Assembly: GCA_965655095.1 (NCBI GenBank)
Contig: OZ296651.1
Span: 108,562,001-108,626,000, forward strand
DNA length: 64,000 nucleotides
Direction of reading: 5' to 3'
DNA from: Haplodiscus bocki
Lineage: Eukaryota
In this document: piece by piece, positions 53,867-64,000 of the stretch
How the letters are laid out: every line of letters starts with the position of its first letter
Numbering within the stretch: position 1 is the first letter of the stretch
Notes under the pieces: generated by a model
Told to the model about the DNA's origin: nothing
Database searches by the model: none
Seen by the model: the letters and a program-made list of their open reading frames with translations, nothing else
Program-made: the position numbers and the translations under genes

Positions 53867-54600
53867 AGGAAAAAAATTTTATACACATCTCATCCTGTTA
53901 GGTGTATTATTACAGGAACCAGCAACGTCGAAAAATCGGTCTGTATAACAAATTTAATTTTAAATCTGTTTAACGATTTTGAGAAATTATACATTTACTC
54001 ACCATCTTTACCTCAAGATATATAACAAAAAAATTCGAAAGTTGTTTTAACTAAAGACCAGTAAACTTAATCCCAATTTATCTCAATGAAGAAGATTTCG
54101 AACCAAGATTTGATGAAATTGTTGATGATGACGACTCTGACAAATCAGAAAAAGACATAAAAACATATGAATCAATAAAAGAATTTCACTGTCCTCCAGA
54201 ATACTATTCTGATTCGGCCAATAATAATTTCTTAGACGTTTTGAAAGAAAAGGAAATAAACGATCCCAGAGATCAAGCAATGTTTAAACGATCCAGACAT
54301 AATAACATTTCTGTTTACATTTTCAGTTAAGATTTCTATGATCTACCAAAACAACTATTGGAACAAATGGAAATATCTATCACACCTTCAAACCGAACAA
54401 TTTCAGAGATGTTCGAAAGCTCTATCAAGACGCAGCATCAATGGTGAGGACACTCAAAGGATATATATTATTAACTTGTACTTGCTGGAATGAAAAAATT
54501 TCAACCTCTCACTATTGATATGACAGAACACAAATAAACAGAGGTTGCTTTCAATTAGAATTAGATTATTTATTCGTTGCTGAAAACTTTCTTATTTAGT
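53867..54600 (+). pseudogene. A32/FtsK-like packaging ATPase
   Basis: RCIITGTSNVEKS (decayed Walker A), YIYSPS, and AMFKRSRHNNISVYIFS*DFYDLPK (the RH...Q...LP motif of A32-type ATPases). Confidence 0.8.
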
Positions 54601-55519
54601 ACCTAATAAATGAGTTTTTATCCCATTGTGACGAAAGAATAAATTAAAAATTTAGCTAAAACAGCTGAACAACAGAAGAATCAAAGAGCAGAAAAAAATG
54701 GAAGTAAATTTTTGAAGCTAACTCTTGATGTACAATCAACTGCAACTTTTAGGCCTATTACTAAAATATTAAGAGAGGTGAGTGATTTTACTACTAAAAA
54801 TTAGAAGATACTTTTAAAAAACCAAATGCTGAAAACAAAACATCTCAACTAGCAACAGAAAAGACTCAAAAATGAAACATTTCTTGAACCAGCTAAACAA
54901 AAGATTCAAATTGAAACACATCCAAGAGTATTATACGATAGATTTTTAGATTATACATTAAAAAATATGAAGAAAAGTAAAACTTTCTTTAAAAAAAAAC
55001 AAAAAAAACCTCCAAGGTGACAAAATTTGGAAGGGTGTAGAAGTAAAAAAGTTAAGAAGAACGCTTGTTGATATCAGTGGAAGCGAATATGATATAATTC
55101 CGGAGATTCAAGAAGTTCCTGCTAACACCAGAGGAGCTCCTCTACAGAAATTGAGTAATGAAGATAAAGTAAAAATTCAGAACATCTTAAGAAGATATAA
55201 ATAATATGATTATACAACCAGTCACGGAGAGATATCAGATCGGTCTAATTGCATTAAATACAACCTAGAGGGTGATATCAAAAATGTCTAAATCCACCAA
55301 TCAGAAAATTGAGAAACTTGAAGGTCAGAGAATGAAATTTATAATCCCCTCAAATATTATTGTTACTTGGACTAAACTAGAAGTCTAGCTAGGATTGAAA
55401 CTTTCTGAACATATTGATACTTAAACAGAAGCAAGAATATAGATGACATATTTAACAGAGGTGAAATACAAAACGAACAACAGTATCGAAATTTTCTCGA
55501 TAGATTTTATACTATTTAA

Positions 55520-56328
55520 ATGGAACTATCAAGTAAGTTTTTCGAGTAAATAGATTTCAATACGAGACCTAAAAATGAGCAAGATTTTTTGATTGCTATG
55601 GATAAATCTTTTCATGGAGAACATCTATCTGAACCATTGCAAACTGGTAGTAAACAAATTAAAATCGCTGTCACTTTCGTAACGGGTTAAAAATGTATTA
55701 TTATATTTACATCCAAAAATAAAAAGATCTAATTCAGAACAGCTACTGATGGTGATGATTTCAGTTACTTCAAAGTAAACCCAGGGGCCTATGAATTCCA
55801 ATCAATGAATGATGAATTTAAAAGGTTTTCTTTAAGGAAGGATATTTTAAAGAAGTGAATTTTCCATTTGTAATCAAACCTAGTTTCTCAACTTTGTATA
55901 GAATTATAGAAAGATCATCAACTAGAAGGAATACAAATTAGTTTTGTTATTGACGGTAGCATACCAGATCTCTTGGGTTTTACACCAAGTGTTATACACA
56001 AAGAATATAATTTATCAGATAATCCTGTTGACATTTTGACGTTTGTTAGTATATTCAATGAAACTGATAATGCTCAACGAATAATCTTGAAGGGTTATTC
56101 TTCTCGGGTTAGAAACGAATTGGAATACTTCGTATTCTCACAATGGACGTTGATCCTGGGTTCAATTATATGAGAAAGTTTAAGGGAGGAGTTTGGTGTA
56201 TATGATTGAATCTAAACACTTTTTTTCAACTATTAGTTTTATATTAAAAAACGAGGTTGGAGTTTGTTTATTTTAACGGGCAATCAGTAACTTTTCAATT
56301 ATCAATCAAGGAAGTTAACTTATTTTAA
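55520..56328 (+). pseudogene. Minor capsid (penton-like) protein
   Basis: NPGAYEFQSMNDEFKR, LLGF, NPVDIL, C-terminal FNGQSVTFQLSIKEV; size and position between ATPase and major capsid fit. Confidence 0.6.
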
Positions 56329-56527
56329 ATGCCTCTGACAATGAAAAAGTCAGGTTACCAAATACAATCATAAACTAAAATCCAAAGCAATAAATCTGGA
56401 AAACAAAAAAAAAGATCTTAATCACCCTCAAATCTACAACTTTTTGAAATTGAAAAAAAATTATCAGCAAGTGGAATTGTTGTGTATGAAGATTCTCCAA
56501 AATCGTGAGTAGTTTTGTCTACTATGG

Positions 56528-57796
56528 ATGGGTACAGAAAATTTCGAATCAATAGATGGTACAACAATTGAAAACTAGACTTCAAAAAGAGATTTTGCTA
56601 AGGTATATCATCAACAAAATGCTGAACTAAATGAACGTGATGAAAACTTTGCCATCATTTTCGGAGAAAATAACAAGTGTCAATGACTAGCTATTGGTTA
56701 CGTTCAAATTGATAAAGAGTTGAAAAAAGACGGTGTTATTTTTGAAGATGATAATACAGATGTCATTGGATTAGTGAAAAATGCATTTGCTCATGTGTAT
56801 AAAGAAGCTTACTTAAATTCTATGGGTGGCACTGAGATAGAAAGCAACTAGTTCATAGGACAATTTTTAACAATTATGCGTGTTTTGACATCCAAAGATG
56901 GTGACTTATCATCAAAACTTGATAAAACTAACAATAAAAGTATTAACGCTCCATCATTCAAATAAGTGTTCCTTGATATTCATTCAACGCAAGCAAACAA
57001 AGGTAAATATCAGGACTACTACGTTTGGAATATATTTTGGGAATTTGTAGTACAATTGAAAAAATATAAAAGGACTCGCGTTCCATTCAACAATCAAAAC
57101 AAAACAGATTTGCAGAATTTTGCTTACACTACACTACCAGCAGTAGCAGTCATTCATGTTAAAATAAATAATCTTCATATTTTCGTACCAACAATAATAA
57201 GATCTTTTGATAAAACATTTAAATTTCAATAACTTCATCAAAAATATTCTTACACTATCATTTGATTCTAGGACAACGGATGGACGAGTCATTGATGCTC
57301 AAAAAGAGTATCAACTTGATATCGGAAGTGCTCTTAAAGTACAGTTATCGAAATAGTCAACAGCAGCATATCAAACAGCTGATAGAGCAGCAGCTCCAAA
57401 CAAAGCAAGCAAGACCTTAAGTTATGATTACCTTAATGTTAGCAAAAAGTTTTTTGCAATTGTTGGTCTCAGATACCCCCGACATTTTGCCAATGGGGAT
57501 TATATTACAAATATTTATCTAGATCAATATGGCGATCTTAAATTTTTTTATGGGGAATACAATAAAGAATCACTCTTGAATCCGTTTATAATTTATTCTG
57601 ATAAGAAGAACTTCAATCCTATTCAAGTCATTGATTTAGGTTTTCAAGTTGGTCACATAAACCAAAAAATTCGGCTTTTGAGGAAGTATAGAACTTCTAC
57701 TAATAGTGCTAGATGTTTTATAACTTTAATCGGACATGGGGAAATTGAAATGGTTTCAGATGGATAGAAAGCCACTGAAATTGCAGTTATTTATAG
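56528..57796 (+). pseudogene. Major capsid protein (double jelly-roll), decayed
   Basis: ~420 codons; YHQQNAELN, NAFAH..KE, GLRYP, YLDQY...FY, PIQVIDL; lies between the penton-like gene and the protease. Confidence 0.6.
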
Positions 57797-57805
57797 TTAT
57801 TTATA

Positions 57806-58210
57806 TTGACGATTCTTAGTTTGAAATTTTTTATGATGAAATAATTTTTGAAGGGTAATACCTTGAATGAAAGTGAGTTGAGAAGTTTATAACTATCCTA
57901 TTCATCTTTCCATCCAAGAGATTCTAAAATAACCTTTCATAGAGGGTTTATAAATTTTGATAACGGAGAACAGGGTGGCACTCATTTGACACGTTTCTAC
58001 ACAAAAGATAACAAATCATTCTACTTTGATTCATTTTGAGGCACTCCAGGTAAATTTTTATTTAGGCAAGTATCAAGTTCAATCACTTTTCATATTTAAA
58101 AAATTCAAGATATCAAAAGTAGATTATGCTGTACGTTTTAAATATACTTTTTCTATCCAAAAAAGAAAATGATTCACTAAAACGCTGTTTCAAAAATATA
58201 ATCTGGTTAG
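57806..58210 (+). pseudogene. Adenain-like cysteine (maturation) protease
   Basis: NFDNGEQGGTH(L), YFDSF*G, KIQDIKSRLC: the His/Asp/Gln/Cys order of adenovirus-type proteases. Confidence 0.8.
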
Positions 58211-58214
58211 CAGG

Positions 58215-59500
58215 GAGCCAATAAACTTCTTTGGCAGCACATCAAGATATACAGAAAATAAAATTAACACATCTCTTTTTGTTCAAAAGCCAAACCTGAA
58301 AACAAATTACCTTCAAAGCATTATTGAGGAAGACACTGATATGAAAAATCAATTTAGAAATAAAAAACTACCAGACCTAAATAGCATCTGAGGAGCAGCT
58401 TCGTAAATTTTAATCGATAATTCTTTTAACGGTTTGTCTATAACAAAAAAACTGTTCAGATATTGACTTTAAAAATAAAAAGCTGGAGAATTAAAAAGTT
58501 TTGAAAATCAATTATCAATCAGCTGTTGATTGTCAATTAACAAGGAAAAAAACTGTCGTTGAAAGACGAATCATCCATGTTAGGTTTAGATCCTGATGAA
58601 GAAATGAAGCAAGACGAACAAGATTCCAAAATTCTCAACTCTAGTTTAACATCACCAAAAACGATAATATAAACACCTACCAAAGCCTCTGTTGATTCCC
58701 TATCTGAAGACGATAGAAGAAGACGAGATGCGTCTACAGTTTTTAATCATCAAGACAAAGAACTTGATGACAACAAAGTAACAATTTCAGACAGTGTCAG
58801 AGTCAACATAGACCTTACTTTAAATAGCGAACTGGCAAACAAAAAAATATCAATAAAGAATTAGGTTAAATTTTTCTTCCCAAATTTAATCAAACATGAC
58901 AAACTTAATTAAAAACATCCATTGGAGATATTGTGTATAATGTCAGAAAATATAAGGGAGAAGAAATCATATTTACAACAATGCTTAAATCAGCAAATTC
59001 TACAGCATATTTGTTGCAACATTGGTTTGTAAAGTGTCTTGATAAAAAAATGCTGGAAAAAGCCAAATTTCATACAGTCAACAATTAATACTTCCCAACA
59101 CTCAAGAATGGTACTACTAGCCTTCTTCCTAGAGGAATTTCATTCATGTATTTTGAGACAAGAGGAAAATATTTTGGATCAGACGTTTTAGGTATTTTGA
59201 AAGAACAGATTTTATCCAAATAAGCAATATCACATTCTATTTTAAAATGTATTCAAACCCAAATAGTAATATTAGGTCAATGGGTAGACTTCGAATTCAA
59301 TTAATATTTAATGGGCGGGGGAATATGATAAAAATGATTGCAAAAAAATACTAAAATTAGTGCTACAACAGAGGAGTGGATTTTATTAATTTTGCAATTT
59401 ACAGAATCAAAAAATGGAATAAAGTTACTCTATTATCAAATAGATAGTACCCTTGCTGATATGTGTTTCCCAAATAATATGTCAAGAAATTCTTATACTA
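58215..59500 (+). pseudogene. Fibre-like/structural hypothetical protein
   Basis: DMKNQFRNKKLPDLNSI*GAAS*.LID-type repeats recur (~58340, ~58470, ~58770), resembling I..L.DP.....AA.K.YVD shaft repeats. Confidence 0.35.
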
Positions 59501-60836
59501 AATGAACCAGGTAAAGTATTTTGAAGACATGATTGAATCAATCGCGGTTTAGAGAAAGATTGTACTACTAAAGTTTTTGAGAAAAATTTATTTTGAGTTA
59601 TCAACTGAATGTGGTTCTTCAACGAATGAGATTTTTTGTTTTTGTGTATAGTTTAAAAATATAAGAAATGAACAAAACGAAGACTTTTTCGATTATATAA
59701 GAAAAAGAGGGAGTATCGATTTTCGAGAGATTTCCTGTTAATTAAATGGAGATTTATATTACAACTTTGCTTGAAGATGTTAGACATGCAAGATCGTCAT
59801 TACTTATACTGTCGTTACCAGATACCGAAAATTTAAAACAAGGAGTTTTTTTGATCATGAAATAAATCTAATTGAAAATTTTGCTTTAGAAAACCTACAT
59901 ACGCGGAGAATATTGAAAGATGAAGCTGCTGTACAATTATTAGATTAGTATTTTCTATTCTAAAAATAATGTTTTATCCAAATTTGATGAGTGAAGATCC
60001 AATTTTGTTAGAAATAACAACAAGAGATTATGAAACTGAAGAATCAAAATATAAAACGGAAAGACATGATTATGAAAAGAACCTAAAATCTATTAAAATT
60101 GATAATGACTATAAATCGAATTTTAAAAGTTTAAAAAAGTGAGAATTCTAAATAATTCTGAATTTTCATTAGGATCAAACTCAACAGTAGTTTCTCCCAC
60201 AAAATCAATTGTTAATCCTGGTAATAGTATTCCGAGACCAAGCAATTCTACTTTAATAACATCGATAGCTCTTTTAATCACAATTGAATTTCTTTCAAAA
60301 TTTAAAATGCGATACACTAAGCTAGGAGATTGGGTAAATGTTATTACTCTACTAAATGAAAAGACGTTAACACAACAGTTTTTCGGCAAAACAATTGACT
60401 AAAAATACGCTGTTGAGATAAAAAAAAGCTTTATAACCATTATTTAGATAAAACAACTGGGACAATAAACAATACTCATTTCAACGTTGAAGATGTTTTT
60501 GGCAAAAGTTTCGGAAAAAGATACTTTTTCAACTCAACAATTAAGTCAAGTAAGTGATGTTTTAGCCATAATGATGTGAATAATAATTTTAGTGTAAATA
60601 GTTTTTTTTAATTGAAAAAAGAAAGAGAATCAAGAGCCGAGTGCTCCTTCTTCTTAGTCAATATTTTTAATAAAGAAATGGATGCAAGCAAACGTATTGT
60701 GTGGGAAGACGTCCCAAATCTAAAACAATAGACATACTATAATAGGAGGAAGTAAATCCAAAACAATACAAAGTTGTTGAATCAAAAAAAGAAAATGTGA
60801 TTTTCGTGGACGAGGAAGTAAAAGTATATCGCGAAA

Positions 60837-61036
60837 NNNNNNNNNNNNNNNNNNNNNNNNNNNNNNNNNNNNNNNNNNNNNNNNNNNNNNNNNNNNNNNN
60901 NNNNNNNNNNNNNNNNNNNNNNNNNNNNNNNNNNNNNNNNNNNNNNNNNNNNNNNNNNNNNNNNNNNNNNNNNNNNNNNNNNNNNNNNNNNNNNNNNNNN
61001 NNNNNNNNNNNNNNNNNNNNNNNNNNNNNNNNNNNN
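60837..61036. other. Assembly gap (200 N)
   Basis: Run of N. Confidence 0.99.
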
Positions 61037-62163
61037 TTTTCTCTCCAGGAAAATTATGAAAGTTTTGTTCACATGGTTTTTTTTGTCATCGGCTTCAAAA
61101 AGACTTGGTTTACGATGAGGTTCATATTAATTGTATGAGAACTCAATTACTATAGTTCAAGAAATTCTTTTCTGTGATGGAAATCCTTATCCATTGTTAC
61201 TAAATCCATCAATCACAAGCGGAATAAATCTTTACTTCTTTTTGCCTTTTGTTTCAAAGTCAATACTATCTAGTAGATCCAAACTCTAAGTTTTGACAAG
61301 GTGTTTGACCTCAGTGTTACTTGTTTCGTAAATTTCCTCTGCAGGTTTAGATAAAACTTGTTTAATTACCATTTAAAAAAGACCTTGCTTTACCATTTAA
61401 AGCAGACAAACTTGATGTGCATGGTTTTTGATTTTTTTAAAACTGTATTCTTTTTCTCGTCTGCGATTTGAACTCGAATCGTTCAAATTTTTCATGTGAA
61501 AACGTATGAGATGTGTAGTCAAATATAAAGATATTCATTTTTTTATTACTCAAAATTGAAATTCGGTGGGCATTGGTATTGGGCTCTTTAGTAGCTTATG
61601 ATCTTGGGCGGACATGGATAGTGAAAAATTTATTTCCATCGGGCTCAAAATTTTCCTCTAACACTTGCCTAGAAACCAGTGAACAGCAACAGCGGCCCTA
61701 TCCTACTCACATTCTCTTAACCTTTCATCCTCCTTATCAACAGCTTCTACCTCAATTTCCTCAACTTCCCTGTGATATGGAGAAATTATTTCCTTGTTTT
61801 TACGCCATTTGATGAAATTGACGAAGGAGACAATGGAATCTAGGAAAACTATGAGATATTTGAAAGTTTTTGAAGAAGAAAAATGGGAACAGGCGAGGAT
61901 GATCGCGTTGTTGTCGGTGTTCGCTGATTTCTTGGTTTTTATCAAATACCATTGTGTAAAAATATAATTATCAACACTCCCAAATCCCGCAATATTGTGC
62001 TATTTTGCATTTATCAAAATGCAAAAAATGGAAATATTTGACCATATCACAGGTGAGTTGGAGAATTGGACAAACTAAGAGAAAATTAGGTAGAATCTGT
62101 GAGCGAGGGTGACTAAAATTAGTAGTAGAAGTCGGAGATGATCAGACAGGGGGGAAGACCCTC

Positions 62164-62690
62164 ATGTATTAAGATAAGCTATAGCAGCTGAGAACCGCGA
62201 AGGTGCTTCCACCCATGTATTAAGATAGGTATGTTTCGGCAATGTATTAAGATTTGAATCCGAGAGCCGAAGGCTGTCTCAATGTATCAAGATAGGGAAT
62301 TAATGTTTTAAGGTATGGAGCCGAAAGCCGAAAGCCGAGCCAATGTATTAAGATAGGCGATGCATGAATTAGGATATGGATCCGAAAGCCGAGTCAATGT
62401 ATTAAGATAGGCAATGCATGTATTAAGATATGGATCTGAAAGCCGAGTCATTGTATTAAGATAGGCAATGCATGTATTAAGATATGCAGCCGAGAGCCGA
62501 AAGCCGAGTCAATGTATTAAGATAGGTAATGCATGTATTAAGATAGGGAATGCATGTATTAAGATATGGATCTGAAAGCCGAGTCGTTGTATTAAGATAG
62601 GCAATGCATGCATTAAGATATGCAGCCAAGAGTCGAAAGCCGAGTCAATGTATTAAGATAGGGAATGCATGTATTAAGATAGGCATTAGC
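62164..62690. repeat. Complex tandem array inside the TIR (ATGTATTAAGATA motif interleaved with CCGAAAGCCGAG and GGCAATGC)
   Basis: Motif repeated many times; the same motif occurs inverted at 125-230. Confidence 0.9.
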
Positions 62691-62988
62691 GTTCGGTAAT
62701 GTATGAGCATAGGCTATAGTTCGTCTCAAAGTATAAAGATATGGAATGACTCTTTTTCGGCACTGTGCGACATTTTTGGCACTGTGAGATTTTTTCGAAA
62801 ATTTTTCTTGCAGGCCTGCCCGCGCGTATAATTATTAAGCCTGCGGATAATTAATACGCCTGCGGATGTTTTATTACGCGTGCGGATACCGATATGACTT
62901 AATGCTATGTAAAAAGATTGTGTGATATTTTGAAAAAGTTTATTAGAATGTAAAAAAATGGACAAAAACATGATACAAAATACAAAGA

Positions 62989-63384
62989 TTACATGGAATT
63001 ACTTATAAAAGAGAGTACATTAACATCGTGAACTCCTGTAATTTCTTCCTGTCGAAAATTGAAGAGATGAAAAGCTGCATATATTGTATAAAAGCCGCAT
63101 ACACTTGGGTGAGACTGTAGGGGTGCTGACATCATCTGCTTGTAGAGCTGGTTGTTAAAAAAACTTTACCCTTTACATCCAAGAGAGTCTGCAAAACACA
63201 ATTTATGTCGGAAATTTGTAATCATGATCCAATGCTCACCCTGCATATTGCTGGGCTGCATGTTGATATTAGCCAAAGTGTCATTATCAAGAGTTGGAAC
63301 ATAGTCTGAGGGGAACGAACCGAGGTACCGGAGTTTGAGCCGAGGGATACGATTAATAACTTATTGCAGGGCAAAACTATCCAT
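62989..63384 (-). pseudogene. Adenain-like cysteine protease (two in-frame stops)
   Basis: MDSFALQ*...YLGSFPSD...NMQPSNMQGEHWI...FADSLG...*...PLQSHPSVCGFY; starts 3 bp after the capsid stop codon. Confidence 0.88.
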
Positions 63385-63386
63385 TT

Positions 63387-64000
63387 TTACACATTCTTTC
63401 CAACATCAACAAACTTGTCAACTGCAACCGACGACATTCGTTCAACAAATACGATGAGTTCAGTAACGTTTTCAAGAGGATTGGTAAAATTTAGCTCCAG
63501 TCTCAGTGGTTCTCCAACAAGTTCAGGAAAGTGACAGTTTTCAGTAGCGTCTTGCATTGAAGCCAAGTCAAACACCAGCACATAGTGATCTTTGAAATCA
63601 TCAATGGGGATTGAGGGAATATCATCCTGGAAGTTCATTGCTTTCATGGTAGTCACATAAAGATGACAAATGTCAGCAGTATCAAAATCTACAATTGGCT
63701 GTCCCCCTCTGAGTTCTCTAATTTGTCTGAGATCAAATTGTTGAAACCACAATGGGTTTTCAGTAAAAGAACCAGTGAAGGCAGAGTCTTTGTTCGTTGC
63801 AATCGCGACTCGACGAATGGGAGCATTGTTGAAAATGTTTTCTTGAATGAATTGGTTTTGTCTCGCAGGTATAATGAATGTCTTTGCCACAGTCTCCAAA
63901 TATTTGTATTCTACAGGAGCATAAGCGAGCATGCCCATTCTCTTTTTGTGATAATCATCCTTGAGAGCAATACGACGAGTGTTAAGTGAACAATCCACAA
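63387..64000 (-). CDS. C-terminal half of a Polinton/Maverick major capsid protein (PY-type)
   Basis: ENIFNNAPIRRVAI, AFTGSFTENP..FQQFDL, YVLVFDL, LRLELNF..PL; immediately upstream of the protease. Confidence 0.8.
   Translation of the reverse strand, partial: VDCSLNTRRIALKDDYHKKRMGMLAYAPVEYKYLETVAKTFIIPARQNQFIQENIFNNAPIRRVAIATNKDSAFTGSFTENPLWFQQFDLRQIRELRGGQPIVDFDTADICHLYVTTMKAMNFQDDIPSIPIDDFKDHYVLVFDLASMQDATENCHFPELVGEPLRLELNFTNPLENVTELIVFVERMSSVAVDKFVDVGKNV

Larger units (their letters stand above)
51954..60836 (+). mobile_element. Second, highly decayed Polinton/adintovirus-like element (structural module) running into the assembly gap
   Basis: Candidate AGTAGT start at 51954 (no partner end seen), then ATPase, minor capsid, major capsid, protease and fibre-like remnants, all on the + strand. 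Confidence 0.75.
62121..64000 (-). mobile_element. Third Polinton/Maverick element, continuing beyond the window
   Basis: AGTAGTAG terminus at 62121, repeat-rich TIR, then protease and major capsid on the minus strand. Confidence 0.85.

Noticed and set aside
60782-61138. ORFs spanning the gap
   Set aside because: Artefacts of the N run.
61573-62060. Possible host exons
   Set aside because: Only short ORFs and isolated splice-like motifs; not supportable without RNA-seq.
277-62121. ACTACT at 277 and AGTAGT at 62121 as the two ends of one giant element
   Set aside because: The termini face outward and the adjacent 6-mers do not match.
62164-62690. CRISPR-like repeat/spacer pattern
   Set aside because: The linkers are short and themselves repeated, no cas genes are present, the context is eukaryotic, and the array sits inside a Polinton TIR.

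Overview
AT-rich, repeat-dense eukaryotic genomic DNA with one 200-N assembly gap (60837-61036). I can support no host gene; nearly all of it is decayed mobile DNA. The main feature is a 29.5-kb Polinton/Maverick-type element (19884-49396). It has AGTAGT...ACTACT termini, ~60-bp terminal inverted repeats (TIRs) and a perfect 6-bp target-site duplication (TSD, CACAAT). Its interior is four head-to-tail copies of a ~7.4-kb unit. Each unit carries a pseudogenised protein-primed family-B DNA polymerase (pPolB) and a few small ORFs, with no recognisable integrase, capsid, packaging ATPase or protease. The left TIR folds back on itself, which creates a direct repeat of the right TIR; the array junctions map to that direct repeat. 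Three further Polinton-like pieces are present: a right terminus at 1-277; a decayed structural module (ATPase, minor capsid, major capsid, protease, fibre-like) at ~51954-60836; and a left terminus with protease and a different major capsid at 62121-64000. The rest comprises LTR-retrotransposon fragments, a Helentron-like (HINE) element, a MITE and dispersed repeats. All protein calls come from reading motifs by eye and need HMM confirmation.
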